Source of the DNA: Octopus sinensis
Lineage: Eukaryota
Assembly (NCBI RefSeq): GCF_006345805.1
Contig: NC_042999.1
Span: forward strand, 20,832,001-20,896,000
Direction: 5' to 3'
DNA: 64,000 bases
Each line of letters starts with the position of its first letter. The first letter of the stretch is position 1. Positions 1-12,971 of this stretch are shown piece by piece. The translations under genes were made by a program, and so were the position numbers. The notes under the pieces were generated by a model, which ran no database searches, was not told the origin of the DNA, and saw only the letters and a list, made by a program, of their open reading frames with translations.

Positions 1-394
1 CATCTTTGCCTAATCGCTACTTATGAGATCCATCAATAGTGAAATGACTGCAAGAGGTTTTAACGATAAACATGCAGAAATTAATTTTTTTTTCTATTCA
101 CATGTAAAGATACATCGTCTGTTTCAGTGAAAATCTTAACCAGTTATCTTTTATCTGTATGATGACAACGTGTACAGTACATAGCCGTTATATATTTGCT
201 ATTTCATTGACTGATCTATAGATCCATCAAACTCTCTTCTTCACTTTATCTTCATTTTCAGACTACGATTATGAGCCCGAAACTTTATATTGTTCAGTCC
301 TCACGAGAAATAAACTTCTCAAACTCTTCTTCCAGTTCCCACGTTGATTATCCGACAGAATTGTTTGTATTTTCCCTATAATATGCGTATATAA

Positions 395-594
395 GGCAGT
401 GAGCTAGCAGAATCGTTAGCACGCCGGGAAAAATGCTATCCGGTATTTCGACTCTGAGTTCAAATTCTGCCGAAGGTCGATTTTGCCTTTCACCATTACG
501 GCGTCTATACATCAAGTATATATCAATAACTGGGGTCGATATAATCGGCAAGCCCCTTCCCTACAATTTCAGATTTTGTGCCTTTAATAGAAAT
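395..594 (+). mobile_element. tRNA-headed SINE family A (Meta-domain-like), older tail variant, degenerate
   Basis: Head GGCAGTGAGCTAGCAGAATCGTTAGCACGCCGGG, B-box-like GAGTTCAAATTC, then GTCGATTTTGCCTTT...CTGGGGTCGATATAATCG, matching other A copies. Confidence 0.8.
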
Positions 595-614
595 GATTAT
601 ACGTATATGTTTGT

Positions 615-1203
615 TATTTCTTCATTGCCCACAAGGGGCTAAACATAGAGTGGACGAACAAGGAAAGACACAGGGATTAAGTCGATTACATCGACCCCTG
701 CGCATAACTGGTACTTACTTCATCGACCCTGAAAGGATGAAAGGCAAAAACGACCTTGGTGGAATTTGAACTCAGAACGTAGCAGCAGACGAAATACCTA
801 TTTCTTTACTGCCCACAAGGGGCTAGACACAGAGAGGACAAACAAGGACAAACAAACGAATTAAGTCGATTATATCGACACCTGTGCGTAACTGGTACTT
901 ATTTAATCGACCCCGAAAGGATGAAAGGCAAAGTCGACCACGGCGGAATTTGAACTCAGAACGTAGCGGCAGACGAAATTCCTATTTCTTTACTACCCAC
1001 AAGAAGCTAATCACAGAGAGGACAAACAAGGACAGACAAACGAATTAAGTCGATTATATCGACCCCAGTGCGTAACTGGTACTTATTTAATCGACCCCGA
1101 AAGGATGTTGACCTCGGCGGAATTTGAACTCAGAACGTATCGGCAGACGAAATGCGGCTACGCATTTCGCCCGGCGTACGAACGTTTCTGCCAACTCGCC
1201 GCC
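615..1203 (-). mobile_element. SINE family A: one full copy followed by two tandem 184-bp 5'-truncated units
   Basis: Full copy 983-1203, plus units 799-982 and 615-798. Each unit is joined tail (AAAGAAATA) to internal GGTATTTCGTCTG-like sequence. Confidence 0.9.
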
Positions 1204-1224
1204 TTCTGTTTCTCTTTCTTGTTA

Positions 1225-1245
1225 CACACACACACACACACACAT

Positions 1246-1281
<36 letters not shown>

Positions 1282-1345
1282 GCATGAATATGTGTGTGTG
1301 TGTATATACGCATATAAATGTGAATATTTATATATGTTTGTGCAT
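1225..1345. repeat. compound (CA)n(TA)n(TG)n microsatellite
   Basis: Direct inspection. Confidence 0.95.
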
Positions 1346-2043
1346 ATCTAGTTTTGTTCAGGCGTGTATCTGTATATATCCTAATCGTACCTCTATACGA
1401 TAAACATTGCATCTACTCCGTACATAACATAAAACTTAATAGACAGTGCTCGCATTTGTAAACAAGTTGTAAACATTTCGTAGACAATAGAACGACTTAA
1501 ACCTCGTCCATTATATATTTGCCGATACTGGGAAACAACACATTTTATATTCACTTGATATTGAACAAAATATCGGAAGATTTATTTTATAAGTATTTCG
1601 TTTGAAACCTTGAAATATAGATTCTGTTGTTTTTCAGTCTATTTAAATGTTAAATTGTAGCATATTTAGATAAATCTATTGTCTAAGAAATTCGGACGAA
1701 ACATTTGCTACTTGTTTACAATATTGTACATCTTGCACGATGCATTAGCGTATCGACTAGCGGCAACATCGATTATAGCACGAGATAAAATTACTGTATA
1801 TTCCCCAGGAATTAGAGCACACTAAAATTGTTAATCGCTTACAGATATTTTACACGAGAGAATTTTTTATGAACGCCTTTTGTATTAAACGTATTTTTTG
1901 CTGCTTTCGGTTCCTAATAAAACGATTATTCATTTAGCCTTTACCCAAGAGAATCGTACTGACCTGCCGGCTTCATGTATTGTAATAACTTGCTTAAATA
2001 ATTCTCGAGTTTAATACCCTGATGGAGTACGAAGTGAAACTTT

Positions 2044-2058
2044 GCGCCCTCTGTTGGA
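2044..2058 (-). promoter_or_regulatory. CTCF-like motif
   Basis: Reverse complement TCCAACAGAGGGCGC resembles the CTCF core CCASYAGRKGGCRS with one mismatch, in non-repeat sequence. Motif match only. Confidence 0.2.
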
Positions 2059-2464
2059 TCATTATATTGGATATTTTATCCAACGTCATGTAATATACAT
2101 TTTCTTATTTTCATTATACTTAAATATATAATGCACGCATAGGCACAAATACGTGAGCTTTTTATGATTCTTCGTTGATAACTGACGTGGAGGGAGTATG
2201 TCCAAGTCTTGTGTGTTAATTTTCTGTTTGTGCTTTTGTCGTCCGTCTGAGGAATATTTGAACCTCATTATATACATATATATAACGGTAAGAGATTGTT
2301 TTCGTTTATTTGCTACTCCGATTTTGCGTGTGTGAATCGCAGGGTTTGTCGTATATGGAACCTCCACTTATAGAAACTGGAAAAAACAGTCTTTGACTGC
2401 CATTTCTAATTCCTTCGGTATGCGGCGAAGCAGCCTGTTGCCCGCCCTTTTAATTATTTTTACC

Positions 2465-2509
<45 letters not shown>

Positions 2510-2510
<1 letters not shown>

Positions 2511-4170
2511 ACAACGCACATTCTTTGAAGATCTCCACAACTACATCTCTGTAGATCACTGAAGTAGTGTGAAAGAATGCTGAACAGCTGTGGACTCTTG
2601 AAGCCCCAAATGTTACTAGATCGATATCTGTGCTGGGTATTTATATGAGATGGAGACGGCACAGCGTACAGATCGGTGCCTTAGCTTTCAATTCCAAAGT
2701 TGGGAGATAGACCTTCCAGGAACTTCCGTACCTATATCACCACATATCTTTCACACAGTATCTCTAAGGAGCAGAACTTCAGTTTCCTTAAACACTTAGT
2801 AGCTCAACTATTTCACCGAGTCAATCTTCTTTGTGTTGTGGCATTTGATTGACATAAGTTCCGTCAATAGTTTGGCGCTCTGCGGCGACCACAGTTGGGA
2901 GATGTAATCCATATTGATCTCCATAGGAGTAGCACAATATCCTTTTTTCTTATTCTGAATTATCGGAAAATCCATCCATCTACTTGTCAGCAAAATGATG
3001 CCATCTAGGTAATGAAATGCTGCATCATTGCTCATGTAGATTCCCAGGTGACACATTGACTCTGACTCTGGGATTTAAGTACCTTGTGGTCCTGTGTATT
3101 CCGATTGTAGTCTGTGAGCTTATAGTGGAGAGCTTGGATTTCTTCAGCATTGAACTGAATGTTATTTTCATTTAGCTTGTGAGAGTGGGTGACTGAGGGT
3201 ACGTCTGAGAGGGCCACCACATACAGTCTTGATCATTTTCCAGTTGTGTGAAGGATTCCGCTGCGAATTGATGTCTCCCTAGATAGAGCACCATTGGTTG
3301 AAACCGTCTGATGCTTACTTTGTAGAAAGAAATGCAGCCACTCTCCCAGTTTTCTAGTTATACCAAATTCACGCAATATGTAACCTATCAACCCATGATC
3401 AACCTCGTCAAAGGCCTTGGCAAAGTCAAGATACATCACATCCACATTTGCATGGTTGGCTTGTTGTTTTAGTACCCAGTCATAACGATGTAGGAGCTGC
3501 GTTCAACATTTCTGGTGAAACAGAGGTGTAATATGTTATCACTTCCGGTTAGGTTTTCTCCATAAACAACATTTTCATAAGTTCAAGTATAGATTCTTCT
3601 TGATTGCTTTCTTTGAGTGTTGTTCATGAGATTACGCAGCTTTCTGGTAATCTGATGTTGGGGAATTTGAAGTACATTAACGCAGTGGTTTATTTTTGTT
3701 AGTACTTCTTTTATCATTATGAGGATTTCATGAATATTACTATCGCGAAATGAGGCGTCGAATGGGTGACATAATGTGTATATTATCACATCAAGTTACT
3801 TTAAATGCACCGAGTGTGTAACAGACCGAGTTTGAACGTGAGAACAGGGACAGTGGCGTAATATCTTCATGAATGTACAATGCAACTCTACTGTGACATC
3901 TTTCTACTCTGGCTGCACGGAATACATCCTATATTAATAAGTGTATTTTGCATCATTCATATCAGGAGATAGATGTCTCCGTTAATGTAATTTATATCAT
4001 TTGATTGCACGCAGTTTTGTACTTGCTGTTGCCTCTGATATTTTTTCAGAAGAATCGATGGGTTTGCTGGGTTTGCGACAATAATAGTTAACCTGTGGTT
4101 ATCATTTGAGGCAATCTTGTGTGTGAGTGAGTTTGACTTAGTTTTGTTTGCAACCATGCCAGATGCAGTA
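2510..4170 (-). mobile_element. CR1/L2-group LINE remnant: APE endonuclease N-terminus joined to RT C-terminal half, internally deleted, many stops and frameshifts
   Basis: Minus-strand DVMYLDFAKAFDEVDHG, MVALSDVPS, MDYISQLWSP, KFLEGLSPNFG, GFKSPQLF. Endonuclease-like VFRAARVERCHSRVALYIHED near 3850-3930. Confidence 0.85.
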
Positions 4171-4377
4171 CTATCTTTCGTGTCACACTTTAAATATTCA
4201 AATAGTAGTATAACGGATTTAGTATGGAATGGTGAAACCAGTTTTTCATTTTCTAAAAAAGCAAGGTTTTGGACTTACGACACTTTTACATAATTGCAAC
4301 GATGTGCGTGTGCATAAATACATGCATATACACCTATACATATAAGAATGTGAGCAAAAAGACATGCTTATACAAAT

Positions 4378-4378
4378 G

Positions 4379-4413
<35 letters not shown>

Positions 4414-4444
4414 TGAGAGAGATAGCTAGATAGATAGATATATC

Positions 4445-4538
<94 letters not shown>
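4378..4538. repeat. (TA)n(GA)n(TAGA)n microsatellite
   Basis: Direct inspection. Confidence 0.95.
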
Positions 4539-5029
4539 CATTCTTAGAATGTTGGAAAGGATGCCTCACCTAAAAATCCTGAAAGTAGTATATAATCTAT
4601 TTGTCTAGATATCAAATAAAATATGTAAAAGTTTTCAAATGAAGTCATTTTCTTTGCATTTATCTGATTCCCGGTAATCCTGTACGCATCTGTAAACGAA
4701 AAGAAGCTTACCTTAAGATTTTGCCTTTTCACTACTTTCAATAATTAATCAAGCAAAATTGCATACCTACGTTTGTTCCCATTAATGTTGTAACAAAGTA
4801 AATGTTACCACGTAATTGGAAACATAAAATTCTTGTTTGGGAAATTTCTCGAGTTTTCCGTAAGCACGTACGATTTTCGAAAATGTTAAATATTAAGCTT
4901 AAACCTTGTATTTTTGACGAAGACTTTATTTTCGTGTAATAATATTAATTTTATGATAAATACTATTTCACTCAAAGTTGATTTTTTTGTTATTTCAATC
5001 TATTTCCAGTTTTCTTAGAGATTTTCAGG

Positions 5030-5070
5030 GCGACGTAAATACACGTGCTGGTACTAAGTCGCCATCTTGT
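5030..5070. promoter_or_regulatory. YY1-like site with adjacent E-box
   Basis: GTCGCCATCTTG (5058-5069) is one mismatch from the YY1 consensus GCCGCCATCTTG, with CACGTG at 5042-5047. Motif match only. Confidence 0.2.
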
Positions 5071-5808
5071 ATAATATTATTTACGTAAATATATTATGTA
5101 TATGTCTGTGTGTATTTGTGTGTATGTATACAGATGTTATTGATGGCTTGCTTTTATAAAAGTAGGCCTCAACACATACGCCTGAAGTATTTTATAAAAC
5201 GTTGGGCCACTTGTGTTTCAAGTAATCATACCGAGGCCTGTTTTAAATGATTAAATTAGAGATGTACCATGAAAAATATTTAAGAAGAAACATGTAAACC
5301 TCTCGAAAAAACATTTCTGAAAGTAATGTAATTTTTTTTTTTTTTAGATTATTCGTGTTTTATGTAGGAAAGCTTTTGGAAAATATATCAGGCATTTAAT
5401 AATTCAATTGTCTGGTTTTGAATCTATTTGATGTTTATGTTTTAGTATGCAAAAACTCAGGAGATGTTGTCATTAGTAGTGTATATTTAATAAATACCAT
5501 AAAAGAAAAAAAAAACTTGGAAAGCGAATATGGCTACTATAGTTTTGTTTGCTGTAAATAAATAAATGCAGTTTTCATAACATTGTCATCTTATGGAATG
5601 TGGAAAATCCAATATGTGGAAATAGCTATTTTAAGCAGTCTGTTTCAAAATTTAGATCATAAATAATAAGGTAGTTGTCAGCGATAATTCGCTACGTTCC
5701 ATGTTAGCTAAAATTTCGGAAAATATTACGCATCCCAGATAAAGGATTTCTTTGGAACAATGTTCAATGTTATATCTAAATCTGGTATTTGTAATGTCTA
5801 GAAAATAG

Positions 5809-6195
5809 GATTGGAAGCACTCCGTCGGTTACGACGACGAGGATTCCGGTTGATCCGAATCAACGGAACAGCCTGCTCGTGAAATTAACGTGTAAGTGGC
5901 GGAGCACTCCCCAGACACGTGTACCCTTAACGTAGTTCTCGGGGATATTCAGCGTGACAAAGAGAGTGACAAGGCCGGCCCTTTGAAATACAGGTACAGC
6001 AGAAACAGGAAATAAGAGCTAGAGAAAGTTGTGATGAAAGAGTACAGCAGGGATCACCACCATCTCTGCCGGAGCCTCGTGGAGCTTTAGGTGTTTTCGC
6101 TCAATAAACACTCACAACGCCCGGTCTGGGAATCGAAACCACGATCCTACGACCGCGAGTCCGCTGCCCTAACTACTGAGACATTGCGCCTCCAC
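5809..6195 (-). mobile_element. tRNA-headed SINE family C with tail X, full length
   Basis: 12-bp TSD TCTAGAAAATAG at 5797-5808 and 6196-6207. Head GGAGGCGCAATG...GGTTTCGATTCCCAGACCGGG. Confidence 0.9.
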
Positions 6196-6233
6196 TCTAG
6201 AAAATAGATACAGTATATGAAATGTTTAACATA

Positions 6234-6590
6234 GGCGTAGGAGTGGCTGTGTGGTAAGTAGCTTGCTTACAAACCACATGGTTCTGGGTTCTGTCCCACT
6301 GCGTGGCACCTTGTGTGAGTGTTTTGTGAGTGGATTTGGTAGACGGAAACTGAAAACGTCCGTCGTATATATGTATGTGTGTGTGTGTGTATATATGTTT
6401 GTGTGTCTGTTCCCCCCCACCAACGTCGCTTGACAACCGATGCTGGTGTCTTTACGCCCCCGTTCGGCAAAGGACACTGATAGAATAAGTACTAGGCTTA
6501 CAAAGAATAAGTCCTGGGGGTCGATTTGCTCGACCAAAGGCGGTGCTCCAGCATGGCCGCAGTTAAATGACTGAAACAAGTTAAAGAATA
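6234..6590 (+). mobile_element. tRNA-headed SINE family B (CORE-like, internal microsatellite)
   Basis: GGCGTAGGAGTGGCTGTGTGGTAAG head. Tail GGCGGTGCTCCAGCATGGCCGCAG...GACTGAAACAAG. Confidence 0.9.
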
Positions 6591-6861
6591 AGTTCGTATT
6601 CTGATTTCGCCATCGAAAATTCCCTCGAAATGTTCGGAACGTTTATATCAGTAGTGTTCCTTCATTTAGTTATCTTGGGCTGTTCACAACTTGAGGTAGT
6701 TCGCGTGTGTGTACTATTACCACACTAAATTTGAGTTGTGATGTCGAACATCTATGAACCAGCACTGATTTATTTACAAATCTACATCGAATAAGTTAAC
6801 AGACTGAAAAATTCAAAGAACATCTCGTTTTGGAATCTTCTCTATATAACTAGTTAAATGT

Positions 6862-7166
6862 GGAGGCGCAATGGCCCAGTGGTTAGGGCAGCGGACTCGC
6901 GGTCGTAAGATTGCGGTTTCGATTCCCAGACCGGGCGTTGTGAGTGTTTATTGAGCGAGAACACCTAAAAGTTCCACTAGGCTCCGGCAGGGGGTGATGA
7001 TCCCTGCTGTACTCTTTCACCACTCTTTCTCTCACTCTTTTTTCTGTTGGCCTGCTCGCTGAGCCAGCGGGGTGGCGTCATTCGAAGGCTAAAACAATGC
7101 GAACGCATTGTGACCAGCGATGTGTGACTACATCTGATGGAATGGTCGGTCACGTGATCACGTGAT
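6862..7166 (+). mobile_element. SINE family C with a different tail (tail Y)
   Basis: Same ~190-bp head/body as 5809-6195, then an unrelated tail ending GGTCACGTGATCACGTGAT. Confidence 0.85.
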
Positions 7167-8619
7167 AACTTGTTAAATAATGTTATGAAAGTAGTTCAAG
7201 AAATTTTATCCACTGCAAATAATTGATATATTTTACATGACATTGCAATTAAAGTTGTGTGAATTTTGTTCAGTACGATGTAAACACGTTACGTAAGATA
7301 ACGAATGAGGTGAGACAAGCGAAAAAAATTCCTCTACATTGCCAAAGGCTCTCTGATCTGAGACTGAATTTCCCAACTTTTATAATGATTCACCACACTT
7401 CTAGAAACTTCGGTCAAACTGTTTGGCGAAAACACTTGCATATTTTCTGTGACATTTGCGCCTTAAACATAAAAACATTATAAACCAGCAAGTGCTGATT
7501 TGTCGAGCCATATACTTGCTCTTATACGGAAGTTCACCGCTTCGCGGCTCTGCACATGGAATTTATGAGGACTTTAAATCAAATCTTAACTGAAGCCTCG
7601 CTACTTTATATTCTGTAGCGGTTATATGGATAATTCCTAAAACTTTGATTTGTATATCAAGATATTTTATATTAGTTCCTATCTACTGTGTTGTTATCGA
7701 AGGGAAAAATTTAGGCCCGGTTCTATTCGAGTATCTTTGGTCTAAGTGCGTGTAACTTAACAATTTAGTATGAAATTATTTTCTTTTTAGTATAATACGA
7801 ATATTTGGATGTAATATATAACATAGAGTTTACTTAATAGTCTGGACAATATGAATACTTGAGTTAGTAATTTACCGCGGATTATGTGTTAAATTTAATG
7901 AAATATGAATTTTTGAGGTTGTAATTTAGTTGGTTTTTTTCTTTAAAGTTTTATGGAATGTAAAAGTCTGAGCGTATGATTTAGCTTTGTTTTCCTTTGT
8001 AGTGTGTATCGAACATTAAAATCTGAATAGATAATTAAGCTTGATTATACTTTAGTATTTGTACAATAGGAATATATGAATATAAAACTTTTATGTACAA
8101 GATTTATTTTACTTTTTATGAATGTGTATTTACAGCTGTTGAAAGGAAATGAGAGGACAATGAAGATGTCCTCGCACGCATGCGTACATCTGGAATACAT
8201 GCTCATGTAATTGCATTCAAAAATACACTCACACACACATACAAACACACACACACACACTTGCATATTATTAATATATTCATCAGTCATAAACTTCACC
8301 ACCAACGTAACGAATATAACAATACAGATCATAAAATAACAACAGCAAAATTGCCAAGAAGAATTGCCAAGAATAGCAACAACAATAAAAATCATTATGA
8401 GCGCTATTAAAAATGCCATCAGAAATGAAACATTGACTAAAAAATATGCTCCTCGTCTATATTTGTTGCGGATATCATATATTCAATATATTCCGATATT
8501 AAATCATTTAATATATTGCTGCAAATTTATTCCCCTTTCAACCCTGCTCTCTCTCACTCTCTCCCTCTCAACATGTATATCTCTGTCTACGTAATGGTTG
8601 CATATATGTGTGTGTGCAT

Positions 8620-11446
8620 AACCAACCTGGATGACAGCCTGCACATACTTATTTTAGGGGATTTCAACTTCCCTTCCGTCAAATGGCCTGAGGGCTACAT
8701 TCTCTGAGGTTATGTCACTGCATGGCCTAAAGCATGCAGAATCTCTGCTTCACCACACTAACATGCTCTTTATGGAGCAAATAGTGCTCCATCCAACAAG
8801 AGGGGAAATGTCCTGTACCTGTGTTTCACAAACAACATGGTGCTCAACCATAATGTTGGGGTGACACCGACAATTTTCTCAAATCATAACCTAATAGAAC
8901 TAACAATGTACGGTCCGCAGAAGACTACAGATATGCAGGCTACTAGATGCACCCAACTCCCTCCAGTCTGAAGTTTCAGAAAGCTGAGTGGAAGAGTATC
9001 GAGAAAGAGGTCATGGAACATAACTGCTTTGTCAGTCTCTCTACAGAACATATTGGCATAACACTTCAACACTTTAGGACAATCATGCATGACTTCTGCA
9101 GAAAGTTTGCTCCAGAAAAAATGCAATGCCAGCAGAAAGATATAATACCCTGGGATAGGCGGATTCTATTGAGACGACAAGCAAAAATCTAAAATCTTCT
9201 AAATGGGCCACTAAAGGACAAACAGTCCTACCTCAAACGAACATTGCTCGAGAATGAAAATGAACTCCTATGAAAAGAAAATGACAGGAAAGGAGGCTCT
9301 CAAAAATATTAAGACAAACCCTACAGCCTTTTATAGATATGCAAAAGAAGCTGCTTCAGTACGGTACAATATAGGGCCACTATTTGAAGAAAATTGCTCA
9401 CGGACTGCAGATACCCAGAGGATCAGTGGCATACTAAGTGTGAGATATAGGGCGGCGAGCTGGCAGAAACGTTAGCACGCCGGGCGAAATGCTTAGCGGT
9501 ATTTCGTCTGCGTTACGTTGTGAGTTCAAATTCCGCCGAGATCGACTTTGCTTTACATCCTTTCGGGGTCGATAAATTAAGTACCAGTTACGCACTGGGG
9601 TCGATGTAATCGACTTAATACCTATGTCTGTCCTTGTTTGTCCCCTCTGTGTTTAGCCCCTTGTGGGTAATAAAGAAATAGGCATACTAAGTGTGAGATA
9701 CAAGAGTGCTTTCACAACTCCACTGGGACACTTGCAAGTAGCTATGCCTGATGAGTTCTTTCGCCCCACAGATCTACGCAACAAAATGACAATTATTGAT
9801 AGCATCAACATAGAGGCAACTGATGTGATATCAGCCATTAATGAGATGAGCTCAAACTCATCAACAGGTTCTAACGGATTCCCAGCAATCCTAAAGAAAT
9901 GCAAAGGGGCTCTAGCCAGACCACTTCAGATTCTCTTTCAGAGTTTCCTCACAACAGGGAGACTTCCCAGAAAGTTAACGGTAGGCATTATATGCCCTAT
10001 CCATAACGGAGGTAGCAGAGCAGACGCTAAGAATCATAGACATGTCTCTTTAACTTCCCATGTCAGCAAAGTCATGGAACGCATTGTCAGGAAGAAACTA
10101 ATTTCGTTCCTTGAAGATAATACCTTGCTTCCTGGCACCCATCATGGCTTTGCTTTACACACTTTTTGCTACACTATGACTGGATGATGAAACAATTAAT
10201 GAATCGCACAAATGTAGATGTGATATATCTTGATTTTGCAAAAGCCTTTGATAAGGTTGATCATGGGATATGTCACAAACTACGGAGAGTCGGCATAACT
10301 GGGAAAATTGGAGAGTGGTTGCATGACTTATTAAACGACAGAATCCAGACTACCGCAGCAACGGAGACATTAGTAGAAAGTGGGGTGCATCAGGGAACTG
10401 TATTGGGGCCATTACTGTTCATGGTGGCTCTTTCAGATATGCCATCAGTTACACACAGTTAGCCACACTTACTAGCTATGCCGACAAGACAAAAGTAGGA
10501 CAAGCAGTCAAGTAACCCTCTGACGCTAATCTTCTACAGAAAGACCTAGATGCCATATATAAATGGGCTGAGGACAACAACACGCAATTTAATGCAGGTA
10601 AAATTCCAAGCCCTTCGCTACCAGCTAATTGGCTATCAGAAGTTACAACAACGATACTTTTGACCAAAAGGAGCAGCAATCAAAGAATCATATACTGTGC
10701 GTGATCTTGGGATTGATATGAGCACCGACGCATAGTTTCACATGCATATCACCAACATGGTGGCAGTGTGCAGGCGAATGGCCGGATGGATTCTAAGAAC
10801 CTTCAGAACAAGTGACCAGAAAATTATGCCGATCCTATGGAGGACATTTTTCCTCAGCCGTCTGGACTACTGCTCTCAATTATGATCACCCAGCACTATA
10901 GGATTGATAGTAGAACTTGAGGCGGTTTAGAAATACACGAAGAATATTGCATCAATGGAACATCATATAATGGAAGAGACTGAAAGAGCCACGACTCTAC
11001 TCTCAGGAGCAAAGATGAGAGAGGTATGCAGTGATATATGTGTGGAAGATACTGGAGGGGCTGGCATCAAATTCTAGAATTGAGAGTTATACCAGACCTC
11101 GAAATGGACGCCAATGCACTGTTCCAAAATACCAGCTGTCTCATCGAGGGCGAAGACCATGTACCGCAGAAGATTGGGATTCAAGGGCTCATCTATTTAA
11201 CTCCTTGCCAAAACATCCGAGGGACTTCCATGAAGTGGGAGTAGATGTTTTCAAGAAACAACTTGACCACTAACTACCCAGGATCCCAGATGAACAAATA
11301 TCAAGAGAGGATACGCAAAAGAGGGCAGTGGTATCGAAATCCCTCCTTCACCAGAAGCCAAAAACATAGAATTGGCTAATCAAAAGGTAATTACAATGGT
11401 GGTGCCTCAACGTGGCCGCAGCAATAGGGCTGAAACATATAAAAGA

Positions 11447-11449
<3 letters not shown>
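8620..11449 (+). mobile_element. CR1/L2-group LINE ORF2 pseudogene (endonuclease C-terminus, RT, 3' end), 5'-truncated
   Basis: ILILGDFNFP, PTRG, HVSLTSHVSKVMERIV, VDVIYLDFAKAFDKVDHG, HQGTVLGPLLF, YAD, SRLDYCSQL, IYVWKILEGL in the correct order with frameshifts. Confidence 0.92.
9448..9680 (+). mobile_element. SINE family A, full length, inserted into the LINE
   Basis: 20-bp TSD GGCATACTAAGTGTGAGATA at 9428-9447 and 9681-9700. Confidence 0.95.
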
Positions 11450-11486
<37 letters not shown>

Positions 11487-11588
11487 ATACACATATATAT
11501 ATGTATGCATGTATATACATATATGTACATATATACATTTATTTTTGTCTATAGATATATAGATAGATACATACATGCATACGCCCAC

Positions 11589-11638
<50 letters not shown>

Positions 11639-12608
11639 ACAGAGAGAAAGCGAGTGATGGAGAGATTGTGGATTTCTGTTGTCTATTATTTCTTGTTGCC
11701 TTAGTGAAACATCTACAGAATATCTACCAGAATCAAATGCCAACTATTGAAATATGTCATTTAAACTTATTTGTAGAAATTCTACTTACGAATTTTCTCT
11801 TGTACATACGCAAGACTGCATCTGAATAACACGCACGTGTGTTTCTGAAAGTCATTTACAGAGAATTCTGAAGGCTTTTGTTTTTAATCCTCACTCATTC
11901 GCTTAGAAATTGTCAGTCAGTAGAATGTGCATATGTGTATGTGTCTATGTGCGGGTGTGTGTTAATCTGCTTGTGTGTTAGTCTGTTTGTCTACGTATGC
12001 ACGCATGCATTTTTAGATATCACCTTTCTTGATACCCCAATTTAATTTGAGAATTTTCGAGGTCATGGTTAAAGCATTTGGGTGAGCTACAAATATATGG
12101 GGGGCAGGTTATATAATGTATTGTATGATTAAATTTATTTTATTATTATTAACAATGATACTATTATTATTACTATTATTGTTAATATTATTATTATTAT
12201 TATTACTACTCCTACTATTATTTTTATGATCATAATCATCTTCGTTATCAATAGCATGTTTTTATGATAATGACATTCCTAGTATCGCATCGAAACATCT
12301 GCTTCGGTTTCTGTATTTGTTGCTATTATTGTGTTCGCGGATAAATTCAGTGAGGATTGGAAACGCTCGAAACACAAATGGGATTTCCATACATATGAAT
12401 ATAATCTAGGAACATTTGGTTATTAATATGTACGTGTTTTTATTTGGATAGATATCCATTTTCCTTGCTTTAATATATCGGTCTCGATAAAGCATAACTT
12501 TTACTTGAATCATTATCTGCAATTTCGCTTTTACATCATTTGAATATTCATGGATATTTATTGTATTTTTTTCTCCTTCTGCATTCCTTTATTCCATTGA
12601 ATTCTTTC

Positions 12609-12609
<1 letters not shown>

Positions 12610-12706
<97 letters not shown>

Positions 12707-12906
12707 AACTTAGATATAAATAAGTATGTGTATAAATATATGAATGTGTTTGTACCACTATATATATAAATATATATACATACATGTGCACTTGTATATA
12801 AATGTGTATAGATTTATATACAAACATGCATATACAGAGTGCATGCGTGCTCGAGTTCATATATTATACGTAAATATAACAATCAGCTCTTCTTTCTCTT
12901 TCCCCG

Positions 12907-12971
<65 letters not shown>

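Noticed and set aside
262-360. Plus-strand acceptor (TTTTCAG) followed by short frames such as DYDYEPETLYCSVLTRNKLLKLFFQFPR*
   Set aside because: No recognisable homology, no upstream context in the window, and the frame cannot be fixed.
615-1203. Regularly spaced repeats as a CRISPR-like array
   Set aside because: Units are contiguous 184-bp SINE segments with no unique spacers, in eukaryotic DNA with no cas genes.
4544-4741. 65-aa ORF with nearby splice-like signals on the minus strand
   Set aside because: The apparent GT...AG is only ~22 nt, too short for an intron, and the peptide is unrecognisable.
9663-10187. 174-aa ORF, the longest non-microsatellite ORF
   Set aside because: It is part of the frameshifted LINE ORF2 and starts inside the SINE tail; not an intact gene.
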